From contig CAMDJP010000005.1 of assembly GCA_945900775.1 (NCBI GenBank), forward strand, positions 20,167-84,166: a DNA stretch of 64,000 bases, read 5' to 3'. This DNA comes from Akkermansia muciniphila. Its GTDB lineage: Bacteria; Verrucomicrobiota; Verrucomicrobiia; Limisphaerales; SIAT01. The translations under genes and the position numbers were made by a program. Shown piece after piece: positions 1 to 9,402 of the stretch. Numbering within the stretch: the stretch's first letter is position 1; each line of letters opens with the position of its first letter. Below the pieces are notes generated by a model. That model saw only the letters and a list, made by a program, of their open reading frames with translations, was not told where the DNA came from and ran no database searches.

Positions 1-975
1 ACGACCGGCGCGCATATTCGGGGTTTCAACAACCGCGGCGTTCATCCCGTCGTTTCCGCCGACCGCGAGATCACCGAGGATGATGTGCGCGATGTTATCA
101 AGAACGCCAGGGCAATCAATTTGCCTGTCGACCACGATGTGATTCACACCGCGCGCCAGTATTTCCATGTGGATGGCCAACCCGGTGTGGCGAATCCAGT
201 CGGGATGCTCGGCGCACGCCTCGAGGTGGACGTGCACGTGGTGCACGGGCACCGAAATCGCTTCCAGAACGCCATCCGCGTGGTGAAGGGGTTACAACTC
301 GATGTGGAAGGTATCGTTTTCAACGGCCGCGCGACGGCGATGGCGGTCCTGGCGGCTGACCAACGCGAAATGGGTGCGCTGGTGATTGACTTGGGCGCAG
401 GCATCACCGAGTACGTCTTGTATTCCAACGGCATTCTCAAGCACAGCGGCGTGCTTGCAGTGGGAGGCGACCACGTCTCCAATGACATTGCTATCGGCCT
501 CAAAATCCCATTGGCGCGGGCCGACCGTTTGAAAATCGAGCATGGGACCGTTGCTCCCATCGAGGCGCGCACGCTCACGCTGGCAAACGACAACGGACTT
601 TCCGGAAAAGAAATTAACCTCGGCCACATGCACCGCATCATGACCGCGCGGCTGGAAGAGACGTTCCAGCTCATTGATGAGGCTATTTCCCGTGCCGGCC
701 TGCGCGATCATCTCCGCGCGGGTGTGTTCCTGAGCGGCGGCGGTTCTCGCGTTCCAAGTTTGACGACGTTGGCCGAGGAGGTTTTTCAGATGCCGGTGTA
801 TCTGGCTGGGGCCGACGCCTTGAACGGCGCGACGAACGTGTTGCAGACCCCTGAGTTCAACACCGCCATTGGAATCGTGAAATACGGTGCGAACCAGCAG
901 CGCCCTTCAGCCGCCTCCGGCTCTCTACTCGGGCGGTTGCAAAAGGGCTTTGGAAAACTCATCGGACGGACCTGA
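1..975 (+). CDS. ftsA: Cell division protein FtsA, C-terminal ~324 codons (5' end lies upstream of the window)
   Basis: Frame 1 is open from base 1 into the listed ORF at 85. The translation shows actin/Hsp70-fold FtsA-like blocks (GALVIDLGAGITE, GVLAVGGDHVSNDIA, VFLSGGGSRVPSL) and a C-terminal amphipathic tail (LLGRLQKGFGKLIGR). It ends 3 nt before ftsZ, as in dcw clusters. Confidence 0.85.
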   Translation, partial: TTGAHIRGFNNRGVHPVVSADREITEDDVRDVIKNARAINLPVDHDVIHTARQYFHVDGQPGVANPVGMLGARLEVDVHVVHGHRNRFQNAIRVVKGLQLDVEGIVFNGRATAMAVLAADQREMGALVIDLGAGITEYVLYSNGILKHSGVLAVGGDHVSNDIAIGLKIPLARADRLKIEHGTVAPIEARTLTLANDNGLSGKEINLGHMHRIMTARLEETFQLIDEAISRAGLRDHLRAGVFLSGGGSRVPSLTTLAEEVFQMPVYLAGADALNGATNVLQTPEFNTAIGIVKYGANQQRPSAASGSLLGRLQKGFGKLIGRT

Positions 976-978
976 CCC

Positions 979-2274
979 TTGCGAATGAATTTTATGGACG
1001 AGAATGAAACTTCAACAACGCGAGGACCCGCGATCAAGGTTATCGGGCTTGGTGGCGCAGGCGGCAAAGTAGTAGCGCATCTGGCCGCCGCCGGTTTTGC
1101 GGCGGTAGATTTCGTGGCGATTAACACCGACACCGCAGCTCTCAGCGAGTGCGCGGTGACGACAAAACATCAGCTCGGCGCGTCGCTAACGCGGGGCTTG
1201 GGCGCGGGCGGCGATCCCGAGGTGGGGCGTGCAGGGGCGGAGGCTGACGCGGAGGCACTGCGCGGATTGTGTTCGGGCGCGCAGGTTGTACTGATTCTCG
1301 CCGGTCTGGGTGGCGGCACGGGAACGGGCGCTGCGCCGGTCCTCGCGCAATTGGCCAAGGAATCCGGCGCGCTCGTGCTGGCCGCCGTTACAGTGCCGTT
1401 CGAATGTGAAGGCAAGCGCCGGATGCGCCAGGCAGAGCTCGGATTGGAGCAACTGCGCCGCATGGCGGATGCGGTCATTACTCTGCCAAACCAGCGAGTG
1501 CTCCAGATGCTGGATGAAGAGGCGAGCCTTCTGAAGACCTTCGCCGCGGCGAACGATTTGCTCGTGCAGGGGTTGTTCGGTCTCGCACGGCTCTTCCAAT
1601 CCGGTGGCATGATTCCAGCGAGTTTCGCTGACCTTTGTGCGGTTGTACGCGACCGGCATACGGAGAGTTGTCTTGCTAGCGCCGAGATTGCGGTGCCGGC
1701 GGACGCGGGCGAGTTGGTTGAGCGCTTGCTGGCGCACCCGTGCATGGAAGGAGGCAAGGCGCTGAACGACGCCGAAGCGGTGCTGGTGAGCCTCGCCGGC
1801 GGGCCGGATCTCACGATGGCTGACGTGAACCGCGTGATGGAACGGATTAATGCTCGCTGCGAGGAAGCCGAGGTCGTGCTCGGTGCCTCGGTGGACGCAG
1901 CGTTGGCGGGCCGATTGTCGGTGACCGTCGTGGCGGCGAAGCGCAGGACGGCAGCGAACGAGCAGTTGCCTGCGCCGCGTACTGCATCATCATCTGCATC
2001 CGAGGAGAGTGAATTTCACTTTACGACGCCTACGGTCCGGTCTGCGTCGGGGCTGGTGCCTCCTGCGCCCACGCTCACGTCTGAGCAAGCGGAGCAGCTT
2101 CTAGCCGCTCAACCCGCGTCGCGCGGTCGGAAGAAATCGGCTAGAGCCCGCCAACAGCAGTTGCCGCTGGAGATTGTGTCGAAGGGGCGGTTCGAGAAGA
2201 GCGAGCCGACCATTCATCACGGCGAGGATCTCGATGTGCCGACGTTCATCCGGCGCAACACCCCGCTGAACTAA
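979..2274 (+). CDS. ftsZ: Cell division GTPase FtsZ
   Basis: Tubulin signature GLGGGTGTGAAPVLAQ, the N-terminal IKVIGLGGAGGKVV motif, and the conserved C-terminal peptide DLDVPTFIRR after a Pro/Ala/Ser-rich linker. The start is TTG at 979 or ATG at 985. Confidence 0.95.
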   Translation: MRMNFMDENETSTTRGPAIKVIGLGGAGGKVVAHLAAAGFAAVDFVAINTDTAALSECAVTTKHQLGASLTRGLGAGGDPEVGRAGAEADAEALRGLCSGAQVVLILAGLGGGTGTGAAPVLAQLAKESGALVLAAVTVPFECEGKRRMRQAELGLEQLRRMADAVITLPNQRVLQMLDEEASLLKTFAAANDLLVQGLFGLARLFQSGGMIPASFADLCAVVRDRHTESCLASAEIAVPADAGELVERLLAHPCMEGGKALNDAEAVLVSLAGGPDLTMADVNRVMERINARCEEAEVVLGASVDAALAGRLSVTVVAAKRRTAANEQLPAPRTASSSASEESEFHFTTPTVRSASGLVPPAPTLTSEQAEQLLAAQPASRGRKKSARARQQQLPLEIVSKGRFEKSEPTIHHGEDLDVPTFIRRNTPLN

Positions 2275-2326
2275 CGGGTGTTAATTCCCTTTTGCCGACG
2301 CCACTTTTTCGGCAAGCTGACAGGCC

Positions 2327-3571
2327 ATGCCGCCCGATACGGATACGTTCATAGCGTTGATTGTCCTGCTCTGCTTCGCGGCGGCGAGTTTCTTCTTCGC
2401 TCTCGCGGAGTCGGCCCTGTTCTCGCTCGGCAAATGGCGCGTCCAGCAATTCGTCATCCGCGAACCGCGCCGCTGGAATCCAGTTGAGCGCCTGCTCGCC
2501 GCGCCTCAGGATTTGCTGGCCACGATTGTGCTTGGCAATACCTTCGCCAACGGCGCGATGATTGCGACGGCGCTAACGATGGCCCACTTCCTCGGTCGCT
2601 GGCCGTTCTTGCCCACGGCTGGCGCATTGCTCCTGCTGCTCTTACTGCTGTGCGAAGTCCTGCCCAAGACCTTGGCGGTACGCCAACCGGAGGTGTGGGC
2701 GCCGCGTGTGGCTGCGCCAATGCGTTTCTTTCTCGACCTCTCGTCGCCCGTCCGCCACGTGGCGCAATGGCTGGATTCCTTGTTGTTGAAGATTTTCATT
2801 CCCGGATCCATCAAGCCGCACGTGACCCTGACAGATGAGGAATACCACGAACTCCTCGAGATGGCCTGCCAGCAAGGCGCATTGGCCGCGACAGAAAAGG
2901 AGATCATCGTCCAGATCATCCATCTCGATCGTCGCACGGTTGCCGAGGTGATGCGCCCACGTTCACAGATGGCCTGCCTTTCGGACGAGCTTTCGCTGGA
3001 GGAGATGACCGCTGCCGCAGCGCGGTATCCGCATCGCCGCATGCCGATCTTTGACGAGACGCCCGACACGATTGTCGGTGTCCTGAACACGCGCCTGCTC
3101 CTTGCCGATCCGCAGGCGGACCTAGCCGAGGTGGTCGAGTTTCCTTCTTTCGTGCCGGAGAGCATGAACTTGTTGCAACTGCTCAAGAGCTTCCAGCGGC
3201 AGCGGCACGGCATGGCAATTGTGCTCGACGAGTATGGAGCCACAGCCGGTCTCGTCACCCTTGAGGATATTCTGCACGAACTCTTCGGTGAGTTTCACCG
3301 TGAGGGCGAGGCGCAAGGGTTTGTGATGGAGAAGCTCGGTACAGGCCGCTGGCGCGTGAATGGCACGATGTTACTGCAGGATTTTCAGCGCGAATATCCG
3401 GCGCTCGCGGTTATGCCTGGCGTCGTCACGATGGGCGGATTGGTCACAGCGCTGGCGGAGGTAGTGCCGGCGGCGGGTGAAACCGTGTCGTATCGTGGAT
3501 TGCGCCTGACAGTTCAGGCGGTCGATGATCGGCGGGTGAAAGACTTGCTGGTGGAGGTGGCGACACGATGA
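2327..3571 (+). CDS. CNNM/HlyC-CorC family transporter-like protein (DUF21 membrane domain + CBS pair + CorC_HlyC C-terminal domain)
   Basis: 414 aa. Hydrophobic N-terminal DUF21-like region with an LPKT motif, then a CBS-pair region (VAEVMRPRSQM...GVLNTRLLL...MAIVLDEYGATAGLVTLEDILHELFGE), then a C-terminal transporter-associated domain. The stop overlaps the next start (ATGA at 3568-3571). Confidence 0.85.
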   Translation: MPPDTDTFIALIVLLCFAAASFFFALAESALFSLGKWRVQQFVIREPRRWNPVERLLAAPQDLLATIVLGNTFANGAMIATALTMAHFLGRWPFLPTAGALLLLLLLLCEVLPKTLAVRQPEVWAPRVAAPMRFFLDLSSPVRHVAQWLDSLLLKIFIPGSIKPHVTLTDEEYHELLEMACQQGALAATEKEIIVQIIHLDRRTVAEVMRPRSQMACLSDELSLEEMTAAAARYPHRRMPIFDETPDTIVGVLNTRLLLADPQADLAEVVEFPSFVPESMNLLQLLKSFQRQRHGMAIVLDEYGATAGLVTLEDILHELFGEFHREGEAQGFVMEKLGTGRWRVNGTMLLQDFQREYPALAVMPGVVTMGGLVTALAEVVPAAGETVSYRGLRLTVQAVDDRRVKDLLVEVATR

Positions 3572-4554
3572 ACCCGCTATACATCATCGTTCCGCTGGTC
3601 ATTAGTCTGTCACTCGCTTTTCTGCTGGCAGGAATGGAAGCAGGGATGCTTGCGTTGAGCCGCCTGCGCGTGCGGCGGTTGGTGCGGGTGGGCAATGCGA
3701 ATGCAATCCGGTTGCAGAGCTTTCTCGATCGGCCGGAGGACTTTCTCTGGACTATTCTCGTTGGTAACACCGTGGCGAACTTCACCGCCGTGACGTTGGT
3801 CTTGCTCGCGTTGCAAAGGTTGTGGGAGCCGCAGAACGTGCTTTTCTGGTCGATGTTTTTCGGCGGAGGATTACTGTTCTACGTCTTCTTCGAACTGTTG
3901 CCGAAGATGTTGTTCCAGATGTTCCCCAATCGCCTCTGTCTGCTGTTGGTAGGGCCGTTCGGCCTGCTACACACGTTCCTGCGCCCTGCGGTATTGTTGC
4001 TTCGGGGACTCTCAGGCCTGCTCGGGCGTTGGACCGGCGGCCGCATCTTCACAGGAAACCTCTTCTTCAACCGCGAGGAGCTACGGCAGGTGATGCACGA
4101 GTCGGGACAGGCGCTCACGCCAGAGGAGAGGGCGATGATCGATCGCGTGCTCGACTTGCAGAGTGTCCCAATCCGGACGATTGCCAGCCCACTTGACCAA
4201 ACGATGGCTTTCACCACCGCCACGACGGTAAGCGAAATTCTCGCGCTGTTCCGCGAACGGCAGGTGGGTCGGCTGCCAATCTGGGAGACGGCGAATGGGC
4301 GTCCACGCGTGGTGGGGATTGTGAACGTGAACGAGTTGCTTTACCTGCCGGCTGCGGAACGCGCGCGTCCCGTCTCGCACTACCTCAAGCCGGCGCTGTT
4401 CCTCGACGAGACCACGCGGCTCGAGCCCGCGCTACGCCAGATGCAGCGCAGCGGTCAGCGCGTGGCGGTGCTGCTGGATCGTGACAAGAACGAGTGCGGC
4501 GTGGTCGGCCTGCGCGACATCCTCAACGTGGTCCTCGGCGAGGTGAAGGGCTGA
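3568..4554 (+). CDS. CNNM-like DUF21 + CBS-pair protein lacking the CorC_HlyC C-terminal domain
   Basis: 328 aa. It has the same DUF21 architecture (LPKMLF motif) and a CBS pair (VAVLLDRDKNECGVVGLRDILNVVLGE), but the protein ends right after the second CBS motif. It overlaps the upstream gene by 4 nt. Confidence 0.8.
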   Translation: MNPLYIIVPLVISLSLAFLLAGMEAGMLALSRLRVRRLVRVGNANAIRLQSFLDRPEDFLWTILVGNTVANFTAVTLVLLALQRLWEPQNVLFWSMFFGGGLLFYVFFELLPKMLFQMFPNRLCLLLVGPFGLLHTFLRPAVLLLRGLSGLLGRWTGGRIFTGNLFFNREELRQVMHESGQALTPEERAMIDRVLDLQSVPIRTIASPLDQTMAFTTATTVSEILALFRERQVGRLPIWETANGRPRVVGIVNVNELLYLPAAERARPVSHYLKPALFLDETTRLEPALRQMQRSGQRVAVLLDRDKNECGVVGLRDILNVVLGEVKG

Positions 4555-4557
4555 TCC

Positions 4558-5916
4558 ATGGATAAAGGCACGATCATCGCCATCGGATTGAAGGTGTTCG
4601 CCGTGCTGGTGCTCGTGCTTTTGAACGGCTTCTTCGTTGCCGCGGAGTTCGCGCTGGTGAAGGTCCGCGATACCCAACTCGTCACGCTCATCGCGAAGGG
4701 TCACCGGCGCGCACGTATCGCGCGGCGCGTGCTCAAGAACCTCGACGTCTCGCTCAGCGCTTGCCAACTCGGCATCACGCTTGCCAGCCTCGGTCTCGGT
4801 TGGGTGGGCGAGCCAATCTTCAGCGAGCTCCTCCAGCCTCTCTGGAAGCCGCTTAGCCTCGATGACGACCCCCAACTTCAGCACACCATTTCTTTCCTCG
4901 TTGGCTTTTCGGTCATCACTTTCCTGCATATCACCGCCGGCGAACAGGCACCGAAGTGGCTCGCCATCCAGAAGCCATTATCCACGACACTCTGGATTGC
5001 TCACCCGCTGGAATGGTTTCGCATCCTCTCCTATCCCCTCATCTGGGTCCTGAACCACGCCTCACTCTGGCTGCTTCGGCGGCTCGGGCTCGAGACGGGG
5101 AGTGAACATGAGTCCCACTCGGATGAGGAGCTGCGGCTGCTTTTCACCACGTCCCAGAAGCGCGGTGGTGGAACGCAGCTCGGGCACGACATCGTCCTAA
5201 ATGCCTTCGACCTTCGCCATCGCGTCGCCCGCGAGGTGATGCGCCCTCGAAAGGAAATCGTTGGCTTGGACACCGAGGCGTCGATTGGCGACTGCCTCGA
5301 TTTGGCAGAGAAGACTCGATACTCGCGCTTCCCGCTCTGCGAGAACGGCGACCTTGACCGCACGCTCGGCGTGGTTCACATCAAGGATCTCTTCGCCAAA
5401 CGCCACGGCGCGCAGACCGCCGCCGATCTGGGGCTCCTTGCTCGCAAGATTATCTTCGTGCCGGAGACGGCGCGGCTCGAGAAGCTCCTCCAGCTCTTTC
5501 TCGACCGGAAGCTGCACCTCGCGCTCGTGGTAGACGAGTTCGGCGGCACGGTCGGGATGGTGACGCTCGAGAATGTGCTGGAGGAACTCGTCGGCCAGAT
5601 TCAAGACGAGTTCGATCAGGAGAAGCAGCTTATCGTGAAGACCAGCGAGCAGAGCTGGGAGTTGGATGGCGCGCTACCGTTGCATGAACTGGGCGAGTTG
5701 GTGGGCGATTTAATCCAGCAGGAAGGCATCACCACTGTTAGCGGTTGGGTCACCTACCGCTGCGGCGGCTTCCCGAAGACCGGTGATTTACTACAGTGCG
5801 GCTCTTATCAATTGCGCGTGGAGGAGATGGACGGGATGCGCGTGGCCCGGCTCAAGCTCACGCGTACCGAGTTGGGCGACCCCTTCGAGACCGGCAAGGA
5901 AAAGAGACCCCAATAG
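4558..5916 (+). CDS. CNNM/HlyC-CorC family protein (DUF21 + CBS pair + CorC_HlyC domain)
   Basis: 452 aa. The N-terminus (FFVAAEFALVKVRDTQL, APKWLAIQ) is typical of TlyC/CorC-type DUF21 proteins. It also has a CBS pair (HLALVVDEFGGTVGMVTLENVLEELVGQIQDEFD) and a C-terminal domain. It starts 3 nt after the previous stop. Confidence 0.85.
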   Translation: MDKGTIIAIGLKVFAVLVLVLLNGFFVAAEFALVKVRDTQLVTLIAKGHRRARIARRVLKNLDVSLSACQLGITLASLGLGWVGEPIFSELLQPLWKPLSLDDDPQLQHTISFLVGFSVITFLHITAGEQAPKWLAIQKPLSTTLWIAHPLEWFRILSYPLIWVLNHASLWLLRRLGLETGSEHESHSDEELRLLFTTSQKRGGGTQLGHDIVLNAFDLRHRVAREVMRPRKEIVGLDTEASIGDCLDLAEKTRYSRFPLCENGDLDRTLGVVHIKDLFAKRHGAQTAADLGLLARKIIFVPETARLEKLLQLFLDRKLHLALVVDEFGGTVGMVTLENVLEELVGQIQDEFDQEKQLIVKTSEQSWELDGALPLHELGELVGDLIQQEGITTVSGWVTYRCGGFPKTGDLLQCGSYQLRVEEMDGMRVARLKLTRTELGDPFETGKEKRPQ

Positions 5917-6056
5917 AGGGTGACGTTTCTCTCTCCAGTCGGCGCTGTTTTTTGCAGACAATTCGCGCCGCCTCTGCAAATGATTCCCGCCGCATTGAGC
6001 CCGATAGGGCCGAGGCGGATTCGAAGAATACTGAATCTGAACCCGACTACGTCACT

Positions 6057-7139
6057 ATGAGCACTGGTTTGAACATTAAGAAAGAGGGCGCGCTGGATTT
6101 TCTCTCCCTCGGCGCACTCGTCCACCGCCTCGACCCCGGCATTATCCCGTTCCGCAAGGCCTCGCACTGCGACATCCATGTGAGCGGCGGCGAGTTCAAC
6201 GTGTCAGCGAATCTTTCCGACTGCTTCCGCCTCAACACCGGCGTGGCGAGCGCGATGGTGGATTATCCCATCGGCGACCTCATCGCCGAGCGCGTGCGCG
6301 CGATGGGCGTGAAGCCCTTCTATAAGAAGTTCAAGCATGACGGCGTGCGCGGACCGAACATGGCCACTGTTTTCAGCGACCGCGGTCAAGGCGTGCGCGC
6401 CCCCGTCGTCTTTTACAACCGCTCCAACGAAGCTGCCGGCCAACTCAAAGCGGGCGATTTCAACTGGAACGAAATCTTCGGCTCCGGCGTGCGTTGGTTC
6501 CATAGCGGCGGCATCTTCGCCGCGCTCTCCGAGACGACCGGTGAACTCATCATCGAAGCAATGAAGATGGCGAAGAAACACGGGGCCGTGACTTCGTTCG
6601 ACCTCAACTACCGCCAGAAACTCTGGGACATCTGGGGCGGTCAGGACAAAGCCGTCAGCGTTCTCGCGCGAATCGTCGAGCACGTGGATGTGCTTGTCGG
6701 CAACGAAGAAGATTTGCAGAAGGGCCTCGGCGTCGAAGGGCAGGATGTGGAGAATGCCTCCAAGCTCGACCCCTCCGCCTTCTACGCTGTCATCGAGAAA
6801 GCCACGAAGAAATTCCCGAACGTGAAGGCCGTCGCCACCACGCTGCGCGAAGTGCATTCCACCAACCGCCACACATGGGGCGCGGTCGCGTGGGTCAACG
6901 GCAAGACCTACCAATCTCCGATGTGCGAACTCGACGTCGTGGACCGCGTCGGCGGCGGCGACGGTTATGCAGCGGGCTTCTTTTACGGCCTGCTCTCCGG
7001 CGCGAGCGAGCAGGAGGCCGTGAACCTCGGTTGGGCGCACGGCGCGCTGCTCACGACCTTCCCCGGCGACACCACGATGGCGACCGTCGAGCAGGTAAAG
7101 TCGCTGTCGAAGGGCGGCTCCGCGCGCATCCAGCGCTAG
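6057..7139 (+). CDS. PfkB-family sugar kinase (2-keto-3-deoxygluconate kinase-like)
   Basis: The internal ATG at 6057 (MSTGLNIKKEG...) was chosen over the listed 5796 start, whose N-terminal 87 aa are Arg-rich and low-complexity. The C-terminal PfkB signature VVDRVGGGDGYAAGFFYGLL is present. Confidence 0.75.
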   Translation: MSTGLNIKKEGALDFLSLGALVHRLDPGIIPFRKASHCDIHVSGGEFNVSANLSDCFRLNTGVASAMVDYPIGDLIAERVRAMGVKPFYKKFKHDGVRGPNMATVFSDRGQGVRAPVVFYNRSNEAAGQLKAGDFNWNEIFGSGVRWFHSGGIFAALSETTGELIIEAMKMAKKHGAVTSFDLNYRQKLWDIWGGQDKAVSVLARIVEHVDVLVGNEEDLQKGLGVEGQDVENASKLDPSAFYAVIEKATKKFPNVKAVATTLREVHSTNRHTWGAVAWVNGKTYQSPMCELDVVDRVGGGDGYAAGFFYGLLSGASEQEAVNLGWAHGALLTTFPGDTTMATVEQVKSLSKGGSARIQR

Positions 7140-7160
7140 AACTTCTCAGAATCACGAAGC

Positions 7161-7192
7161 AGGGCGCGGAGCGATCCGCGCCCTATTTTTTT
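7161..7192 (+). terminator. Rho-independent terminator after the sugar kinase
   Basis: A perfect 10-bp stem AGGGCGCGGA/TCCGCGCCCT with a GCGA loop, followed by A + T7. Confidence 0.85.
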
Positions 7193-7220
7193 CTCGGATG
7201 AGACCGTGGCTTCGGGATAA

Positions 7221-7254
7221 AGAAAAACGCCCCGCAGCCTCGGCTGGGGGCGTT
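7221..7254 (-). terminator. Rho-independent terminator after gnd
   Basis: On the minus strand: ACGCCCCCAGCC-gag-GGCTGCGGGGCGT (12 bp with a one-nt bulge), followed by TTTTTCT. Confidence 0.8.
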
Positions 7255-7271
7255 GGTGAATCAATCGCGCG

Positions 7272-8744
7272 TTACACGGTGTACGTGCTGGAGCTGGTCG
7301 TGCCGCCGCGGCCTGTCCAGTTCGTGTGGAAGAATTCGCCACGCGGCTTGTCTACGCGCTCGTAGGTGTGGGCGCCGAAGTAATCGCGCTGCGCCTGGAG
7401 CAGGTTCGCCGGCAGGACGGCCGAGCGGTATTGGTCGTAGAAGTTCAGCGCGGTGCTGAAGGCTGGAGCGGGGATACCCTTCTTGGCCGCCGTCGCCACG
7501 ATGTTGCGCCAGCCCTTCTGCGCCTTCTTGATCTCGCCGCGGAAGTAGTCGTCGAGCATCAGGTTGGAGAGCTTCGGGTTGTTGTCATAGGCCTCCTTGA
7601 TCTTACCGAGGAAGCGAGAGCGAATGATGCAACCGCCCCGCCACATGAGGGCAATGCCGCCGTAGTTAAGCGTCCACTTGTACTCCTTGGCCGCCGCGCG
7701 CATGAGCATATAGCCCTGAGCGTAGCTGACAATCTTGGAGGCGTAGAGGGCGTCACGGATGTCGTTGATGAACTGTTTCTTCTTGGCGGGGTTGGCGGCG
7801 ATGCTGGTGAGCGTCGGGCGCGGACCTTTCAGCTTTCTGGCGGCCTTCACGCGCTCATCCTTCAACGCGGAGACGCAACGGCTGTAAACGGCCTCGGCCA
7901 TGAGGGTGATCGGGATGCCGAGGTCTTGTGAGTTGATGACGGTCCACTTGCCGGTGCCTTTTTGTCCGGCGGTGTCGAGAATCTTGTCCACAAGCGGCGA
8001 GCCGTCGGCGTCTTTCTTGGCGAGAATGTCGCGGCTAATCTCGATGAGGTAGCTGTCGAGGTCGCCGGTATTCCACTCCTTGAGGACCTCGTGCATCTCG
8101 TCGGCGCTCATACTGAGGCCGTTCTTCATGATGTTGTAGGCTTCGCAGATGAGCTGCATGTCGCCGTACTCGATGCCGTTGTGGACCATCTTCACGTAAT
8201 GCCCGGCGCCCATTTCGCCGACCCAGTCGCAGCAAGGGGCGCCTCCATCGACTTTCGCGGAGATCGCCTGGAAGATCTCTTTCACGTGCGGCCACGCGGC
8301 GGGAGAGCCGCCGGGCATGATGCTGGGGCCGCGGCGGGCGCCTTCCTCACCGCCGGAGACACCGGTGCCGATGTAGAGGAGGCCCTTGCTCTCGACGTGC
8401 TTCTGGCGGCGGTTGGTGTCGTCGAAGAGGGAATTGCCGCCATCGATGATGATGTCGCCCGGCTCGAGGTGAGGGATGAGTTGTTCGATGAATTCGTCCA
8501 CCGGCTTGCCGGCTTTGACGAGCATCATCACGCGACGGGGGCGCTTGAGGTTCTTCACCATCTCCTCGATTGAGCGCGCGCCGATGATTTTTGTGCCCTT
8601 GGCCTCGTTGGCGAGGAAATGGTCCACCTTGTCCACGGTGCGGTTGTACGCCACGACGGTGAAGCCGTGGTCGTTCATGTTGAGGATGATGTTCTGGCCC
8701 ATGACGGCCAAACCGATGAGTGCGATGTCGCCTTTAGGTTCCAT
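7272..8744 (-). CDS. gnd: 6-phosphogluconate dehydrogenase (decarboxylating)
   Basis: 490 aa. N-terminal Rossmann motif IALIGLAVMGQNIILNM, and highly conserved blocks (GGNSLFDDT, GTGVSGGEEGARRGPSIMPGG, MVHNGIEYGDMQLI, QRDYFGAHTYER). Confidence 0.95.
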   Translation of the reverse strand: MEPKGDIALIGLAVMGQNIILNMNDHGFTVVAYNRTVDKVDHFLANEAKGTKIIGARSIEEMVKNLKRPRRVMMLVKAGKPVDEFIEQLIPHLEPGDIIIDGGNSLFDDTNRRQKHVESKGLLYIGTGVSGGEEGARRGPSIMPGGSPAAWPHVKEIFQAISAKVDGGAPCCDWVGEMGAGHYVKMVHNGIEYGDMQLICEAYNIMKNGLSMSADEMHEVLKEWNTGDLDSYLIEISRDILAKKDADGSPLVDKILDTAGQKGTGKWTVINSQDLGIPITLMAEAVYSRCVSALKDERVKAARKLKGPRPTLTSIAANPAKKKQFINDIRDALYASKIVSYAQGYMLMRAAAKEYKWTLNYGGIALMWRGGCIIRSRFLGKIKEAYDNNPKLSNLMLDDYFRGEIKKAQKGWRNIVATAAKKGIPAPAFSTALNFYDQYRSAVLPANLLQAQRDYFGAHTYERVDKPRGEFFHTNWTGRGGTTSSSTYTV

Positions 8745-8874
8745 AGATTAATAGATTGGGCTCAGAGTGGGTAAAACAGGGGCTTACGATACCGAAGTCG
8801 CCCGAGGCTGCGAGTGAATTTTTCTCAGCGGAAGAATAGACGGAAACCTTCGGTACGAGTGCAAGCGGACGGAT

Positions 8875-9375
8875 TCAGTGCTTGAACTGGAGCCGCGCGT
8901 CGTTCTCGAGGAGGGATTGGAGATTTTGCCAACCGGAGTCGTTCATCGAGTTGAAGGCGTGGAGATAAACGACGACGATTTCCTGCGGATGCTTCGCGAG
9001 GATGGTGTCCACCGCGCTGGTGAGCTTGGCGTCCTCCATCGCGGGTGGCAACTGCTCGACCACGCCGTCCTTGTGCGCGATGCCGAGGGCGTCGAGAAAG
9101 CCAGTGAGAACGGCGGCTTGGTGACTGACGAGCCAACCGCGGAGCAGGCCGCTCGAAGCCTCTTCCATGGAAGGACGGGAGAGCGCAGCGGCCATGGCCT
9201 TGTGCCGCTCCTTGCGCGGCTGCTTCTCGAGGAAGACGGGGCGCACATGCTTGGAGTGCGCCACGGAGTTGAGCGCCGCGCGATAAACATCGCGGTTGTC
9301 AACGTAGGTGACTTCGAGAATCTGGTGAGACAAGTCCGGCGACATGAAGCCGAACAATTCGTGGGCGGTCAGCAT
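8875..9375 (-). CDS. Hypothetical protein (166 aa), no domain recognised
   Basis: The ORF lies co-directionally between lpxI and gnd. Its composition looks like a normal protein, unlike the Arg/Ala-rich overlapping shadow ORFs. I recognise no motif. Confidence 0.55.
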   Translation of the reverse strand: MLTAHELFGFMSPDLSHQILEVTYVDNRDVYRAALNSVAHSKHVRPVFLEKQPRKERHKAMAAALSRPSMEEASSGLLRGWLVSHQAAVLTGFLDALGIAHKDGVVEQLPPAMEDAKLTSAVDTILAKHPQEIVVVYLHAFNSMNDSGWQNLQSLLENDARLQFKH

Positions 9376-9402
9376 AGTTGGAACAACGTACCGTTTCCTG
9401 CG

